A DNA stretch of 63,777 bases, filler included, from Choristocarpus tenellus KU-1152 (taxonomy: Eukaryota > Protista > Phaeophyceae), in NCBI GenBank assembly GCA_964200185.2. It is 12 parts of 12 records of this genome, joined end to end, with 100 filler letters (N's around TTAATTAATTAA, not from the genome) between each part and the next. Parts side by side here need not be neighbours in the genome. Positions count along the whole stretch, not along the records: positions 1 to 5,871 come from CAXNAD020009544.1; positions 5,972 to 11,486 come from CAXNAD020010553.1; positions 11,587 to 17,469 come from CAXNAD020009518.1; 9 more parts are not named here. One strand, given 5' to 3'. The notes below the pieces were generated by a model. That model did not search any database. It was not told the origin of the DNA and saw nothing but the letters and a program-made list of their open reading frames with translations. The translations under genes were made by a program, and so were the position numbers. Shown here in pieces: positions 1 to 12,450 of this stretch. How positions within the stretch are numbered: position 1 is the stretch's first letter; the number at the start of each line of letters is the position of its first letter.

Positions 1-436
1 AAGATGGACAAGGTGTGTACCTACACCCCATTGAGGACCCCCCCAAGTCCCCAGGGGCACAGAATAAGAGTCATATAACGAAGGCGATGTTCCTTGCAGT
101 TGTGGCCTGCCCTAGGAAGCTCCCTAATAGGGTGTGGTTTGATGGGACAATCGGGATCTGGTCAATCGTGGACACTAAGGTCGCTCAGCACTCAAGTAAG
201 TACCTCCCCAAGGGCACAAAGGTGCTTGTGCCAGCCTCAGTGGACGGAGAGAGGTATGAGAAGCTCATGGTGGAGGGTGTCATCCCGGCAATCAAGACCC
301 ACATGCCTAGACTTGAAGGACACACACCATCTTCGTGGATCAAGATGGCGCAAAGCTACTCACCAAGGGGGATAGTATGGAGGCAATTGAGGAGGTAGCG
401 GGGGACAACATTGCCATTCTCCTATTTGAACTATAG
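1..436 (+). pseudogene. Tc1/mariner (plant/oomycete DD39D-type) transposase fragment, frameshifted and truncated
   Basis: ORF 15..398 reads KSHITKAMFLAVVACPR..WFDGTIGIW..AQHSSKY.PKGT..VIPAIK, matching the mariner KVMFLAAVARPR..FDGKIGIW..AKRSS..LPAIK blocks. A shift at the CACACAC run (~321) puts IFVDQDGAK (the QDNA catalytic Asp motif, 341-349) in another frame that stops at 434-436. Confidence 0.8.
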
Positions 437-1628
437 AGATAGCTGACTTGCTCCTCTTCCTCTGTCTCCATGTGTTGGGGTTGGTACTGCAACCCAGTGT
501 CTTGCATCCACATATCACATTGCATGTTATATTCAGTGGCAAGTTGGTTGCACTCCATCTTCTCCTTCTCTTGTACCTGTTGGATACGCTCTTCAACCTC
601 TTCCTCCATTACTCCCTCTTTTTAGTAATTTGAAAGGGTTATGCAAGAAACACTAGAAGGGGTGCATAAGTAACGGGTTTTGATGTGACTCCACATATGC
701 CATTACCAACATATTATATATAGTAAACGCTACATTTGAGACAAAAAGGAGATTGGGAAAATAGGCTTTTGCTACACTATATAAATTTGCATTTTCAACC
801 AAAATCAACTTTTAAGGCTCCTACATACTCGCATCAATTCTATGGAATGGAAAAGGAAGCTGCTTTCAGATGAAGGAAATTACTGATACATGTGACACCT
901 TCACCCAAATGACATGGAAATTATCCCAAGGATATAGAAGTCCCGAATGGACACCTGATCCTAACACTAGGATAATATGTGCATGCTTTTTTTCAAGCCA
1001 TTTAAAAGTATTTACGGCCACTTTTCTCGAGTTTTAGTCTGACTTTTTATTTCATGTAATTTCATACTATCTCCACAGTTTGGGGTCATAGATGGATGAA
1101 CATATTCCAAACGTTCAACTCTTTCACTCTGAATCAAGCAAATTTCTGTTCCCCCCTTAGTCAGAGCATACTACCAAAATGAGGGATGTATTTCACTAAT
1201 ATATTGCTATTGCAGTAGGTGACTCTACATTTTATGGGTGGAATACATGTAGAGTATGATGCTACTTACTCAAGAAGCTCCACTACTTTCACCGTCAGCA
1301 GGTCATAAATGGATCACTTTTGGTTTATTTCAAATCGGATTGGTGACTAAATCGTGAACCGGGAGAAACGTGGAGGAAACTAAAACAAATGCAACTAGAA
1401 ACAAAATACTCGCTGCACAATTCAGAGACGAAATAAGCTCGCAACTCATTCAGTGTCCCTTGGATGCACAAAAGGTTCACAGACCCCAGACATTCAATAG
1501 CTGAAGGGGCAGTGTTGTATAGAAATTTGACAGTCAGAAGCATCTACAAAAATAGATGTGTTTTGGGTAACAAAGTAGAAACGAACAAGAAAAGCATGTC
1601 CATCATAAAATAGCAGTGGTGGGCTATT

Positions 1629-1844
1629 GAACCCAAGTAAACAATAGGTACCCAGGTTTTGCCGTTTTGCATTGTAAGTCAATTTTTTCAAACTTTTGCA
1701 ATTCACCCATACATTTATGTATGATTTGCCTCGACATAATGCAGAAAGGTTCCTAAACTCATTTGTTAAAAAATGGAAGAATTTGTATATGTTTGTTTGC
1801 AACCTTAAAATGCAACTCTGGGTACCTCTCGTTTACTTTGGCTC
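1629..1844. mobile_element. MITE family C, copy 1
   Basis: Terminal inverted repeats GAACCCAAGTAAACAATAGGTACCCAG ... CTGGGTACCTCTCGTTTACTTTGGCTC; flanks ATT/ACT; homologous to 57469..57737 and 62606..62832. Confidence 0.75.
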
Positions 1845-3787
1845 ACTGGTACCAGGCCGATGCCAACATTGTATGTATACATAGTATTGATCTTTGCATA
1901 GTATGAAATACTGTTTACAAATATTTATTAATACAGTCCTACACTCCTACTCTAAGCAGAGTACATTGAATTTCATTGTTGCCTTTATTTATATATATAC
2001 ATCGCATAGTTTCCACGTTCTCGCCACTTACCTCTGACCCCTTCTCCTTGAACTATCGTATTTTAGTCCCATCACTCTAATAGGAGATGAACACCCTTGC
2101 GATGCATATTTTTGATTACACTGGCAGGGAACATCACATATACTATTGTGAAACACCTACAGAAGAAGTTGGGTTGCTTACAGTATTCTTTTTGTTCAGT
2201 TAACAGAACGCATTCTCTGTTGAAACCTGAGTTCGTATGTGTTGTGCATTGTTGAGCTGTGTCTAGTTTGTGGCGAAGGATGTCATAGGGCAACAAAGCA
2301 CCGTTGAACTTGTTCTGGTAGGTCTGATGAAATGCTTTACTCAATCAGACAATGGTTGATGTGAAAAGTGTGGTCATTCTTTGAGACGCTCAAATGAAGA
2401 AATGTATGCTCTATGGAGAGGCTTGTCACCTTTGCTGAGAAGGATTTCGGACGATGTTTTTAACTATGTATATATTGCATTGCGGCGTATGTCTGCCACA
2501 CGTATTGCAGAGGGGAAAAGATTAATTGTGAGGGGGAAATACCAGTCAAGAAAATATTAATGAACACATAATATGCAACTAAAAACATCTTGTGTACAGA
2601 ATAAGAAAAAAGGGAAAAACAATGAAGAAACATGATGACAAACTCAAATCAATATCTGAGGGAACTCATGTGACACATAGTATGCCTGTATGTGTGATAG
2701 AAAGCTACTGTTCTTATGTTTCCTATGTCCTGTGGTACTGAAGGTGATTAATGATGTTGTGATGAGGAGTCCATGAGGTAAGTGAGAATAGTGACCATTA
2801 CAATGGACAAATCAACATCCAGTATGGACTAACTATACTGTATCCTATCAAAATAAATCAAATGAATAGCCTATGTTTTAACCTTCTCTCCCCAAAAACG
2901 TTTTCTAGCACCTCAGTTTTGTTATCACTTTAATGAACTTGCTGAGATAAATCTACACTTACGTGAAACCAAACACACAACTAAAACCTGACCCCCTACT
3001 TCTGCACCGTGGATGGATACAGCCAGCACATCATCTGGGAGACTAAACGGTGGATGCAATCAATACCTTTCACGACACAGCAAATACCACTGAATGTTGC
3101 CAAAACACCACCTCTACCAAAATGAGTAGTTCAATATTAGCAACAAAACCAACAATAACATGTGGTCAAGGAAACCAAGGAGAAAATATAATACGCCACC
3201 GTAAATAGAAACACTCGCGCATACAATCTCTCAAGCGCAACAGCCAAGAACTAGGTCACCCCCAGAAAGATCTGCTTACCTCGCCTTGGCTGGACAATTC
3301 ACTTAATTCACAAACGGAAGGAAGTACCCAAGTAAGGCAGGGTGCATAACTTTCTACTCCTTTGAGTTATACCATCATCAAAGGTGGGACAGATACACAA
3401 AACAGTCCACTTTACATAGAATGACATACATGACCATTGGGACATACATGACAAACCTTGCTATGTGGCACCGCTCATCCTATCAACCATATGATACACT
3501 TGATAAGAGGGAAGAATATTGCATTCTTATATTATGACTGCCTTGTATTTCAAGGGTAGAGTATAGCCGAATGGGCAAACAAAAAGACCCCCACAAGCAG
3601 GAACATAAAGATAATAGTACATAGGAATGGTGCGTGAGAAAATGATAAACATGTGGAGGTAATACTACCAAAGAGTGCAAAAGAGCAATATTCAGAAACA
3701 CAAGAGTCTGGTCCTCAAAGTTGACCATTCCCTAGCAAACTGATAGCAATCACAAATGACTGCAAGACAGCAGTTTGTGCATATTCG

Positions 3788-4025
3788 TCAGGCCTGGGGT
3801 ACTTCATCACGTGGAAGCAATTTGGCAACAATACAGTCAAAATCAGGCCGACGCTCGCCCTCCTGTGTCCAGCAGTCCTCAATGAGCCTCTTGTACGCAG
3901 GGGGAGTCTCGACAGGAATATCAGGACGATTTCCGCTAGTAACATTGCGACAAATGATTGGCTCTGAACTCAAGTTCTCCCATGGTACCTTCTGTGTGAT
4001 GATCTCCCAGCAGATGAGTCCAAAC
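3788..4025 (-). CDS. Protein kinase (TKL-like), terminal exon, subdomains IX-XI
   Basis: FGLICWEIITQKVPW..G.RPDIP..YKRLIEDCW..RRPDF; AG acceptor at 4027-4026; 238 nt, phase-compatible with the upstream exon; TGA at 3790-3788. Confidence 0.88.
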
Positions 4026-5253
4026 CTATTTAAAGTATTGCATATTGCAGGAGTTGAGTTCAATAGAAGTGTTGGGAGGAACGGCCTGAGGCAATTCAAA
4101 TCTGATCAGCAGATATACTGCATTGATACACGTGACTTATTTACGCGAAATTGAAGGACAAGGAGGCAACACCAGTATGTGCTTCTTTGCCCTTGAATGC
4201 AAGCAATTTTGCCGTCTTGTTAGCTTGACTGCATGTTGAAGAAGCAAGAGTACACCACAATTGGACCATGATCCACAAAATATGCAATGTACGTGCAGGT
4301 ATGCATTAACTCGTTGAGAATTTTGACAAGACACTCTGTAGCGCCCTGGAACTCATCACACACAATCAAATTCTGAATTCCAGGCAATCAACCTTTCTCT
4401 TGGGTCTAAATGTACTAAGTATTGCAATTGGGAAAAGCTGCTTCAAAGATTCTTGTACATCATCTTTGTTTTGCGAAATCCATACTCCTATCAGTCCTTG
4501 TTCCAATTGAAATGAGCAGGGGGAGGTGAGGCATAAACAGCCAAAGAAGTGGTTTATGATACACAAGAAGTCTACAACTTTCACAGAATAGATTAAACTT
4601 ATCTAAACAATAGTAGGGCTGCAAATTTCATACACAAAACACCTTTGGGGAAACTAATGGCACAAGGAAAGTCTTCATCTCTTAACATTTTTTGGAAATC
4701 CGAAGTGTCACAGTAGGTCAGTATGGCACATTTCCTCTACAACCTTCCCTTGATATGAAGATAACTCCTCTTCACATAATATGCAGGGCTATTCATCAGT
4801 CCAGGGTGTTAGCATGACCGGGGTCAAGGCCATGGTCATACATGCCAGACCGTAGCCTGGACATGTTTGATACTCTTGACGACCATCAATAGGCCCTGTT
4901 AGAATATGCTGGTATTGGGCTAGTCTGTAAACCAACAATGCTTAAACAGTTCACAATCATGTTTTAAGAAATACATCAAAACAGACAGGCCTGGTCAAAA
5001 TATGTACAAAAATATCCAAAATTCAAGTGGGAATTATCAACACATACAGATACTCTCTGTTCCACATTTTTATGAAAAATAGAAAGAATCAGACTGGGCT
5101 GATTTCTTACAGTATCTGTTCTGAGGTGGCCAGTCCGGTACACAGCCCAGTTCATATACAATCTCTGGACCTGGTCTGGTCCATGGACTTGCTTCTATTA
5201 ATTTGTGCCCCACCCAATGAAAGTCCTTAAAACAAGCACACGTAAGCACACAC

Positions 5254-5420
5254 CTGTACACATCTCCCTTGAGAGCAGCATCACCAAACTTATCGAAGTC
5301 AATGCCATCCCATAGCTCTGGTGGGGACCACCTGCACCTGCTCTTGAGAAGGGATGAATTCTTGGTCATCTGGAACGATGTGATGGTCTGGCTCATATGA
5401 CTCAATGCAAAATCACTGAT
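5254..5420 (-). CDS. Protein kinase (TKL-like), internal exon, subdomains VII-IX
   Basis: ISDFALS..RWSPPELW..KGDVY; polypyrimidine-CAG acceptor and GT donor (5253-5252); 55 codons + 2 nt splice in frame to 4025. Upstream exons lie beyond the contig end. Confidence 0.88.
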
Positions 5421-5800
5421 CTGCCAACAACAGCAAAAAACAAAAAGAATTAAAATTGTATATCTGGACACATGGAAAACAATACAATTTGGCATTGGCG
5501 ACGATCATCAGGCTAGTATCATTTCAACACCCTACAGAGAGGTGGAGATTAGGAACAAAACATTTACTCAGGGGATTCAAGGTCAAAACAAAAAGATTAG
5601 AGATGGGGTACCTGAATGCTAAGACCATACACTCACTGAGGCTATTTCTCGTGTGTACATACTAAGGGGTCATGTCACGCACAAGGTCCTAGCTGAACTC
5701 AGCAAAGTCTTGTCAACACCATGGAAAGGCTGTGTCCATTTGCTATTTCTATATTGGACCTTACACACGCAGGACACATGCAAAGACGCATTCAACAGCA

Positions 5801-5833
5801 GACCCAAAGTATCTTGGTGGGGGGGGGGGGGGG
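5801..5833 (+). mobile_element. MITE family B terminus (partial)
   Basis: GACCCAAAGTATCTTGGTGG followed by a G-run, as at 27178 and 63696; contig ends shortly after. Confidence 0.6.
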
Positions 5834-5871
5834 ACTACAGCAGAGCGACCATTTGTAGCAAGCCCAGGAAA

Positions 5872-5971
5872 NNNNNNNNNNNNNNNNNNNNNNNNNNNNN
5901 NNNNNNNNNNNNNNNTTAATTAATTAANNNNNNNNNNNNNNNNNNNNNNNNNNNNNNNNNNNNNNNNNNNN
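5872..5971. other. Artificial contig spacer N44-TTAATTAATTAA-N44 (also at 11487, 17470, 20532, 23705, 28748, 31389, 40070, 45384, 55438, 58281)
   Basis: Identical 100-nt structure 11 times; TTAATTAATTAA gives stop codons in all six frames. Confidence 0.98.
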
Positions 5972-6636
5972 GCGTTGGCTTGCTTGCTTGAATAATTAGT
6001 GCGGTCGGTGGAGTCGTTTGACTGTCGATGGTGGAGGTGGTAGAAAAAATAGTACTTCAAAGTAGTTTTTTTCGGGGCGGCGTTTCATCATCATTATGGA
6101 TGGTTGACTGACAATAAGAGACGAAGTGTTATTTTTCCATTTTATTAAATTGTTTATCAATTATTGCTATCGTCGCCAAGAGAAGCTAGAAGCTAGAAGC
6201 TAACATTGAGCGCATGTAAGTATTGGCATTATATGATGATCGACCTCTTTGTACGAAATTGTCAGTCATGCCCCCCCCCCCACCCTGTCAGAGCTAAAAT
6301 ATAGTAAAAAAAAATCTTCCATCACATAAAAAAAGAAAACATCAGCTTTTTCAATTTGCTGCTCATTCGTTGTACCCCTCCTCCCCCCGCCACCGCACGA
6401 AACTGTGCACGTCACCTGAAGCAAGAATGGGCGCCGACTCTGGTAAGCATGTTACCGGGAGTTCAACAGACACACGAACAACCTGCTTGAACTAACTACT
6501 GGACGAACGAGGAATCATCAACCAAAACACTCCCATATCCTCTGTTTGCCGTTGGTCAATCATTACTTTGCCAACGTGTGTGCCTGCCCGACTCTCCCCC
6601 CTCCCCTCCTTCCCGCCCCCCGTCCCGATTCTCTTC

Positions 6637-7470
6637 TTACTCCTCTTCATCATCCGCTTTATCCTCCTCTCTATCATACTCTTCATCATCCTCTTCTTCC
6701 TCCTCGTCCTCCTCCGCGTTGCTGACATAGTCCGGGTCGTCTTCCATGGCAGAATCACCGGCACCCCTCCATACGTTGCGACCTTTCCCCTTTCCACCCG
6801 TGCGGGAAGAGGGACACTTGCGCTTTCTAGTGGTCATTGGCGTCGAGTCCGAGTCCGAATCCCGTACTTCGAACCCACGAGAACGCACTACCCTAAGACC
6901 CAGGAGCACGTTGAATGATGATCTCGTGTCATTCTTTGCCCGGGGTTTGCACACCCTCCCGACTATGGGCGTGAGGAACATCTGCCCGGGGCCAACCTGG
7001 GAGAAGGGGAGGAGGACCTGATGACGGCTTCCGCTCTGCGGAACTTTTGACGTGAATTCAATGTTGGCGTCGTCTGCCTTCTCGGTCCAATGCATGTAGT
7101 AGAGAGGGCAAGTGGCTGCAACGTGCAAGTAGAGCTCTGCGCGTGGCCCACACACCTCCATTCCAGGCGAAAGCATGCGCTTGAGCTGTCTGTTGTTAGC
7201 CACATGAAGCAGCCGAATGCACTGTTCTTCTTGATCTTCAGGAGAGATGGAATGGAAGGCCTCTGATCGAGAGTTGCACACTTCGAGATCGCCCCACGCA
7301 GGGAGGTCATTTCCGCCGACTTTGTAGTCTTTCCCTTCAAGCGGGAATAAAGCCTTTTCTGCGGGATTCGAGGACGAGCTTGCACGCGACTGAGCATTGC
7401 GGAAGACAAAGACAGCGGTGGGGTTGGGGGGGGTGGAGGGGTTTTGGGGGGGGGGGCAGAGTTCGGACAT
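6637..7470 (-). CDS. 277-aa ORF of unknown function with basic (RKRK, GGKGKGR) and acidic C-terminal tracts; probable last exon of a decayed multi-exon gene
   Basis: Long open frame with coding-like composition, collinear with stop-interrupted frames upstream on the same strand. Confidence 0.45.
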   Translation of the reverse strand: MSELCPPPQNPSTPPNPTAVFVFRNAQSRASSSSNPAEKALFPLEGKDYKVGGNDLPAWGDLEVCNSRSEAFHSISPEDQEEQCIRLLHVANNRQLKRMLSPGMEVCGPRAELYLHVAATCPLYYMHWTEKADDANIEFTSKVPQSGSRHQVLLPFSQVGPGQMFLTPIVGRVCKPRAKNDTRSSFNVLLGLRVVRSRGFEVRDSDSDSTPMTTRKRKCPSSRTGGKGKGRNVWRGAGDSAMEDDPDYVSNAEEDEEEEEDDEEYDREEDKADDEEE

Positions 7471-7699
7471 TCATGAATGTTCGTGATTTGGAGGTAATCT
7501 CGTCTGAAGGTTGTGAAAAAAAGGCAACCTTATTGTGGCAAATGTTGAACACATGACGGATCCAATACTTACCCGCAAGGCCCATATTTTTGTACGCGAC
7601 GTATTTGGGTCCCGCATTAGATAGGTTCGGACTCAGGAATAAAAAAAACATTTATTCTGCGTGCCAAGAGCTTGACTCTGCCGTTCGATCTTCACAATA

Positions 7700-10600
7700 T
7701 ACGTAAGTTAGCGCATTCTATACCACATTGACCTCGATCTGGTAGCCCAAGTCCGTCGCCACCGTCTTGCAACGAAAATGGTCGCCTCATCGCGTCCCAT
7801 TGCCTTTCCCTGAGGATTGACGGCCTCAGCAAAACATCGCTGCGTCACCGTTGGGATGAGGGTTTGCCCCAAGGCTTCCGGCAGGCAGGAAGGGCCTATC
7901 ACACGTTCTTGAACGAGAGACGTGGATACCTGCAACATCATGTGCGTACATATTACAGCCCAACCATGTGGCATTGAAGTGTTTGCCATGCAATAAGGTT
8001 TCGTCACGTACGTAAGGGTTATTCCGGTGTTGGTTAAAGATCTTGTGGTGTACTGCAGCACATTTGTTTTTTCGTGTGGGGAAGGAGGACATTACGATGT
8101 ACCAACGCTCACACACAAAATCTTGGGGTCTCGCGATTTCCGTTTGTGGTGTGGGTAACCATGTGCACCGTGTTAGCAACGTGTAAACATCGACAAGGAA
8201 ACATCACTACAACAATCACATACCCGAGACCTATCCATAGGGAACCAAGACAGACAACAAGTTGGAAAGCAACGGAAAAAAAGCCATCACACCCTTCTTA
8301 CCTTCCACTTGCCGTCCTTGTAGGCTTGACCGAAGGACATGTCCATCTTCTCTTTCACCTCGTCCTTTGACGCCTCGTTGGACACGAACACCTCCACCCT
8401 CCTGCTCTGTTCAAGGGCTGCCTCCACCACGTTGTGCCTCTCTGCGCTGAAGGAGACGACGGTGTCCCCAGCATTCGTGTACCTATCATAGGAGGGCAGT
8501 TCGTAAATTATCCAGAGGAGTACATTGTATTGCGCACGGATTCATCATATGGCAATGTATGAGTAACGTACCGATACAGGGCAACACACTCTTGGTGCGG
8601 TTTGACGCTTAACGTACTGATTCAGGGAAACACACTCGTTGGATGGTTTGACGCCCCTGAACCGTCACCCAGCTTGTTGTGTTACTGTTTAACGATGTTC
8701 TACACAAATACAAAAGAAGTCACTGCTCCCGTGAAGAAGGGTGTGTGTGACGTTATTAACGAACCTGTTAACGAGGAAGTGGAGGGCCCTCATGGGGATG
8801 TCCGTTGCAGCATCTTGGTACTCGACGTCACACATGGTTTGGAGTACCGGAGGAGATGCATCACTCCCGTGGCCAAAGATGTCGTTGACGGTGACTCACT
8901 TGTTGCATGTGAACTCTGTCCCGTCGTTGTGCGCGAGAAGAATCATGTCCTGACAACATCTGAGATGGTTATCAGTGCCTGCGAGAGGGCGCCCCCCCCC
9001 CCTTCGTCTTGTATGTTAGGGTTAGGGGATGATCCTCCACAACCAAGCCCACCTTCGACGCCATAAGAGCCCCTGAATGAAGAGAAGGCGGGAGCGAGCG
9101 CGTGGGTCCGGCATGCATCAAACTTGACAGTAACATCACACAAGTAGTTATCGTAGGGATGCATGAAATCTCATACCACTAACATTATAATAGTACAATG
9201 AGTGTGGAACGCAAGGCAAATAACAAATGCAAAAAATGCAAACAATAGGAAATTCTGTAGTGAAGACAAGTAACACCAGCATGTGATTTACGTACAATGA
9301 AACAAAGAACTACGAAGGACCCGGCGGAAAGAGCAAGAGACACAAAAGGAAATAGAAGGTACGAAGAACATGAAACAACATGGGGAAAGTGAAAAAGAAA
9401 GACACACGACATAATCCGCATCTCCTGAACGGCTGCACAATATTCAATGGGCACACGGACGGTCTGATAACGACCATGGCGGATTGCAATAGTCTCCCGC
9501 AATATACCCCGTATTTCAGCGCTGGCGAACTCTGCAACTCACCGTTTAGGCGATGTGCTTACGCGGCCCACGGGTGGAGCACAAACAGCGTGATGGTGCC
9601 CTGAGGATGTACCTTCACCTGCAAGCACTTAACCACCTCGCGCAAGTGTGTGTTAGTCGCCTCTTCGTCATTGACGAGTCTTGGCCCGGCGGCAATGGAC
9701 ACTATGGCGAGCTTTGGCGCATTGTGGAAGGCAAACTCTTTCAGGCGGTCTAAGGGTACCGTAGGGTCGAGAGGGCAAAGGTCGTGTAGTGCAGTGTTCT
9801 CAGTCCTGGTTGGACATCATGACACACGGCAGAGTACACAGACAGCACGACAAGAAGGACAGCGCCGTAAGCAACGGTGCAGGCAATCGTATCATCAAGT
9901 GAGGTCCTAACAATATTTCCACAGCATCCCCAAAATGTCAAGCTGTACCCTCCACAATGCCAGACCCATCAGATACATCTCGTGGAAGGAGGGTAGAGCC
10001 AAAGTATCTTAGAGGGTAGAGCCGCATCCATTTGGGGGCCAAAATCCAATGCTGCAATTTCGATGTATTTTCGGTTATTGTGTTTGCTAGGAAGTGTCAA
10101 TACCCTTGTTCCGAACACACCTTTTCATAACGTATACATCTTACCTACTCTGAAACATTTCGAAGTAGGAAAATGTCATTAAAAAAAACAGGGGAAGCGA
10201 AGCCCCAAATGGACAAAAAGGGCAAAACTCGTACCCTCTAAGATACTTTCACTCGGTAGACGTCAAAACAGTAAGTTGCATGGCCCATGGAAACCTCCAA
10301 AAAAATTACACATCCAACGCACAAAGGACGAGCAATCCACATGATGTACAAGCAGCCAAGAGCCACGTGCAAACCAACGCAAAACCGATCACGCAGAGAC
10401 GACTTGTATGTTCGTATAATGTACAACCACGACGAGACCCACATGCACTTCTCCATGTCCGCCGTTTCGCTGCGTGAGAGGGGACGTAAAACGCTTTGCC
10501 TGGTGGGTGACCCGCCTGCGCTCCTTGCGTGACCCTTACCCTTGCCCTTGCCCCTGCCCCGACCCGCCGCTTCATTCCCCACCGATCCAGACCCTTCACT

Positions 10601-11005
10601 GCCCTCCTGTGCCATGGGGCAATCGATACATAATCGATCCTTGTTCCTCTCGTTGCCTACAATCTCCACGTAGGCACATTCGCCCATATGCGTGATGGAG
10701 CACTTTGGGCATGAATACCTGTCGCACGTGTCATCGAACGAGAGCGTTAAACATACAGGATAGTGTTTTTCCAAATCATTAATTGGGCGCAACAACACAA
10801 CACAGGGATCCACGGTTACGAAGGACCACGAAATTGGCGGCGCAAAAGAGTACGAAGTAGTACAGGTGAGATACAACCGTCGGTGATGTACATGCATTAA
10901 CACACAATCGGACTGTGGCAAATAAAGAGACGTGGGGATAGCGACCGCAGCGCCACACACAGAGGGACCCCACAAGTTCCACCGGTTCAATGGCATGCAT
11001 CGCTG
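7700..11005 (-). pseudogene. Decayed multi-exon gene, possibly TE-borne, with an N-terminal Cys/His zinc-finger-like exon
   Basis: Coding-like frames with isolated stops (FTCNK*VTVNDIFG..FV*NIVKQ*HNK near 8.6-9.0 kb; LHPWAA*AHRL near 9.56 kb); YSCPKCSITHMGEC..RLCIDC near 10.6-10.7 kb. Confidence 0.45.
9996..10254 (+). mobile_element. MITE family A, full-length copy (259 bp)
   Basis: 23-bp TIRs GAGCCAAAGTATCTTAGAGGGTA / TACCCTCTAAGATACTTTCACTC; GGTA duplicated at 9992-9995 and 10255-10258; about 10 further copies in the window. Confidence 0.92.
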
Positions 11006-11194
11006 AAAAGAGACAACCTAGTTAGCCGTTCGGGGGATTGGATGGAAACCAACCTTACGCCATCAATTACCCGCCACCCCCATGTGCACCGTTACAACTA
11101 CATTACTCCCCAAGACGTAGGTGGAGGATTGCATTCAGTACAGCAAACGCCGGCGTTCCACCCTCCATGGCAGTTTTGTTCTTCTTCCGCACCA

Positions 11195-11486
11195 GAGTGA
11201 AAGTATCTTAGAGGGTACGGTTTCTGCCCTGTTTGTCCATTTGGGGCTTGACTTCCCACGGGTTCTTAATGACATTTTACCTACTCCAAGATGTTCCGGA
11301 GTAGGTAAATTGTTTACATTATGAAAAGGTGTGTGCGGAACAAGGATAGTGACATCTCCTAACAAACATGACATTTTACCTAATCCAAGATGTTCCGGAG
11401 TAGGTAAATTGTTTACATTATGAAAAGGTGTGTGCGGAACAAGGATATTGACATCTCCTAACAAACATGATAGCCAAAATTACATC
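11195..11486 (-). mobile_element. MITE family A copy with internal 99-bp tandem duplication, cut by the contig end
   Basis: Starts GAGTGAAAGTATCTTAGAGGGTACG; units 11269-11367 and 11368-11466 are near-identical. Confidence 0.88.
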
Positions 11487-12295
11487 NNNNNNNNNNNNNN
11501 NNNNNNNNNNNNNNNNNNNNNNNNNNNNNNTTAATTAATTAANNNNNNNNNNNNNNNNNNNNNNNNNNNNNNNNNNNNNNNNNNNNTGAGGACTCTGCTT
11601 GCGACCAGGCAGATATGCATAGCTCTCTCATCAGCAGATTCGGCAGCCCCCCCCCCCCTCCGGTCTTTCACGGCATTTCCCCATGTTCATACCCAGCGTT
11701 ATTACTTTGTTTAATGTACTTGACATAGTCACGTCAATTGTTTATTTTACTATTATTGTAGTAGTATTTCTTGGTGGACCACTGCCAAACGGAGATGGAC
11801 ATCTGCCCCTCTCCATCTTGCTGCCCCTGTATGCTCGTCTGCAGGGCGATCCTAGGGCAACCATGCTAGTTGTCGTCCCCATGGTGGTTTCCTTAATCTC
11901 GCCGGTGCTTACCCAGCAAAACAGTAGTATTAGTTTCGCAGGGGGTCAGAAGGTGATGACTGCAACATATGGGGCGGCGGAGGGAGATCAGGAGAGACTG
12001 TCCTCTCAGGGGCATACTATCTTACGCTTCCTGCGTGATGTCCAGGACTTGGTTGCCTTGGATAATACAGGGCAAATGGAGAAAGACCTGGGAATGCTGA
12101 GGAGCTATATTATGCCATCGTGAACATCAACGTAGTTTTTTTTTGTCAAGACACGTCGTTTTTCTTGCTTCATTCAGCTTCGATTGTATGTACTCTGGAG
12201 TACCTCCTGATTCCACTTCTGAAGCAACAACAAATTGAACGCCTGTACTACTAATATCCTATCTGTCACCACACCATAAAAAGCCCTGGGCCAAG

Positions 12296-12450
12296 GACGA
12301 GGTGACATTATTGAGGTTAGTCCAGCACAAGATTTGTGGGAGGAGGTGAAGCTACGGTGGGATGGGCTGAACCAAATGCACGAGAAGCTAGGCAAAAATT
12401 GAGATAGTACAGTTGGTCCTAAGTGCAAGAGCAATTAGACAGTAGCTGGT
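12296..12450 (+). repeat. Dispersed repeat family F (diverged copy at ~34245-34380)
   Basis: Shared ACAAGATT.GT.GGGAGGAGGTG.AGC ... TGAACC ... ACGAGAAGC.AGGC ... AGTACA ... TGCAAGAG blocks. Confidence 0.55.

Noticed and set aside
2225-2460. Possible hAT transposase relic (C..H and DV..W-like remnants)
   Set aside because: Too degenerate to support without a profile search.
4794-4899. CAGGGC...GCCCTG hAT-like MITE
   Set aside because: Short TIR, no 8-bp TSD and no clear second copy.
5916-5927. Recurrent TTAATTAATTAA as a biological motif, and ORFs running through N tracts
   Set aside because: Always centred in N44 blocks; an assembly spacer.
11683-12123. 146-aa ORF with hydrophobic stretches
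   Set aside because: No motif, splice support or repeat homology; likely spurious.
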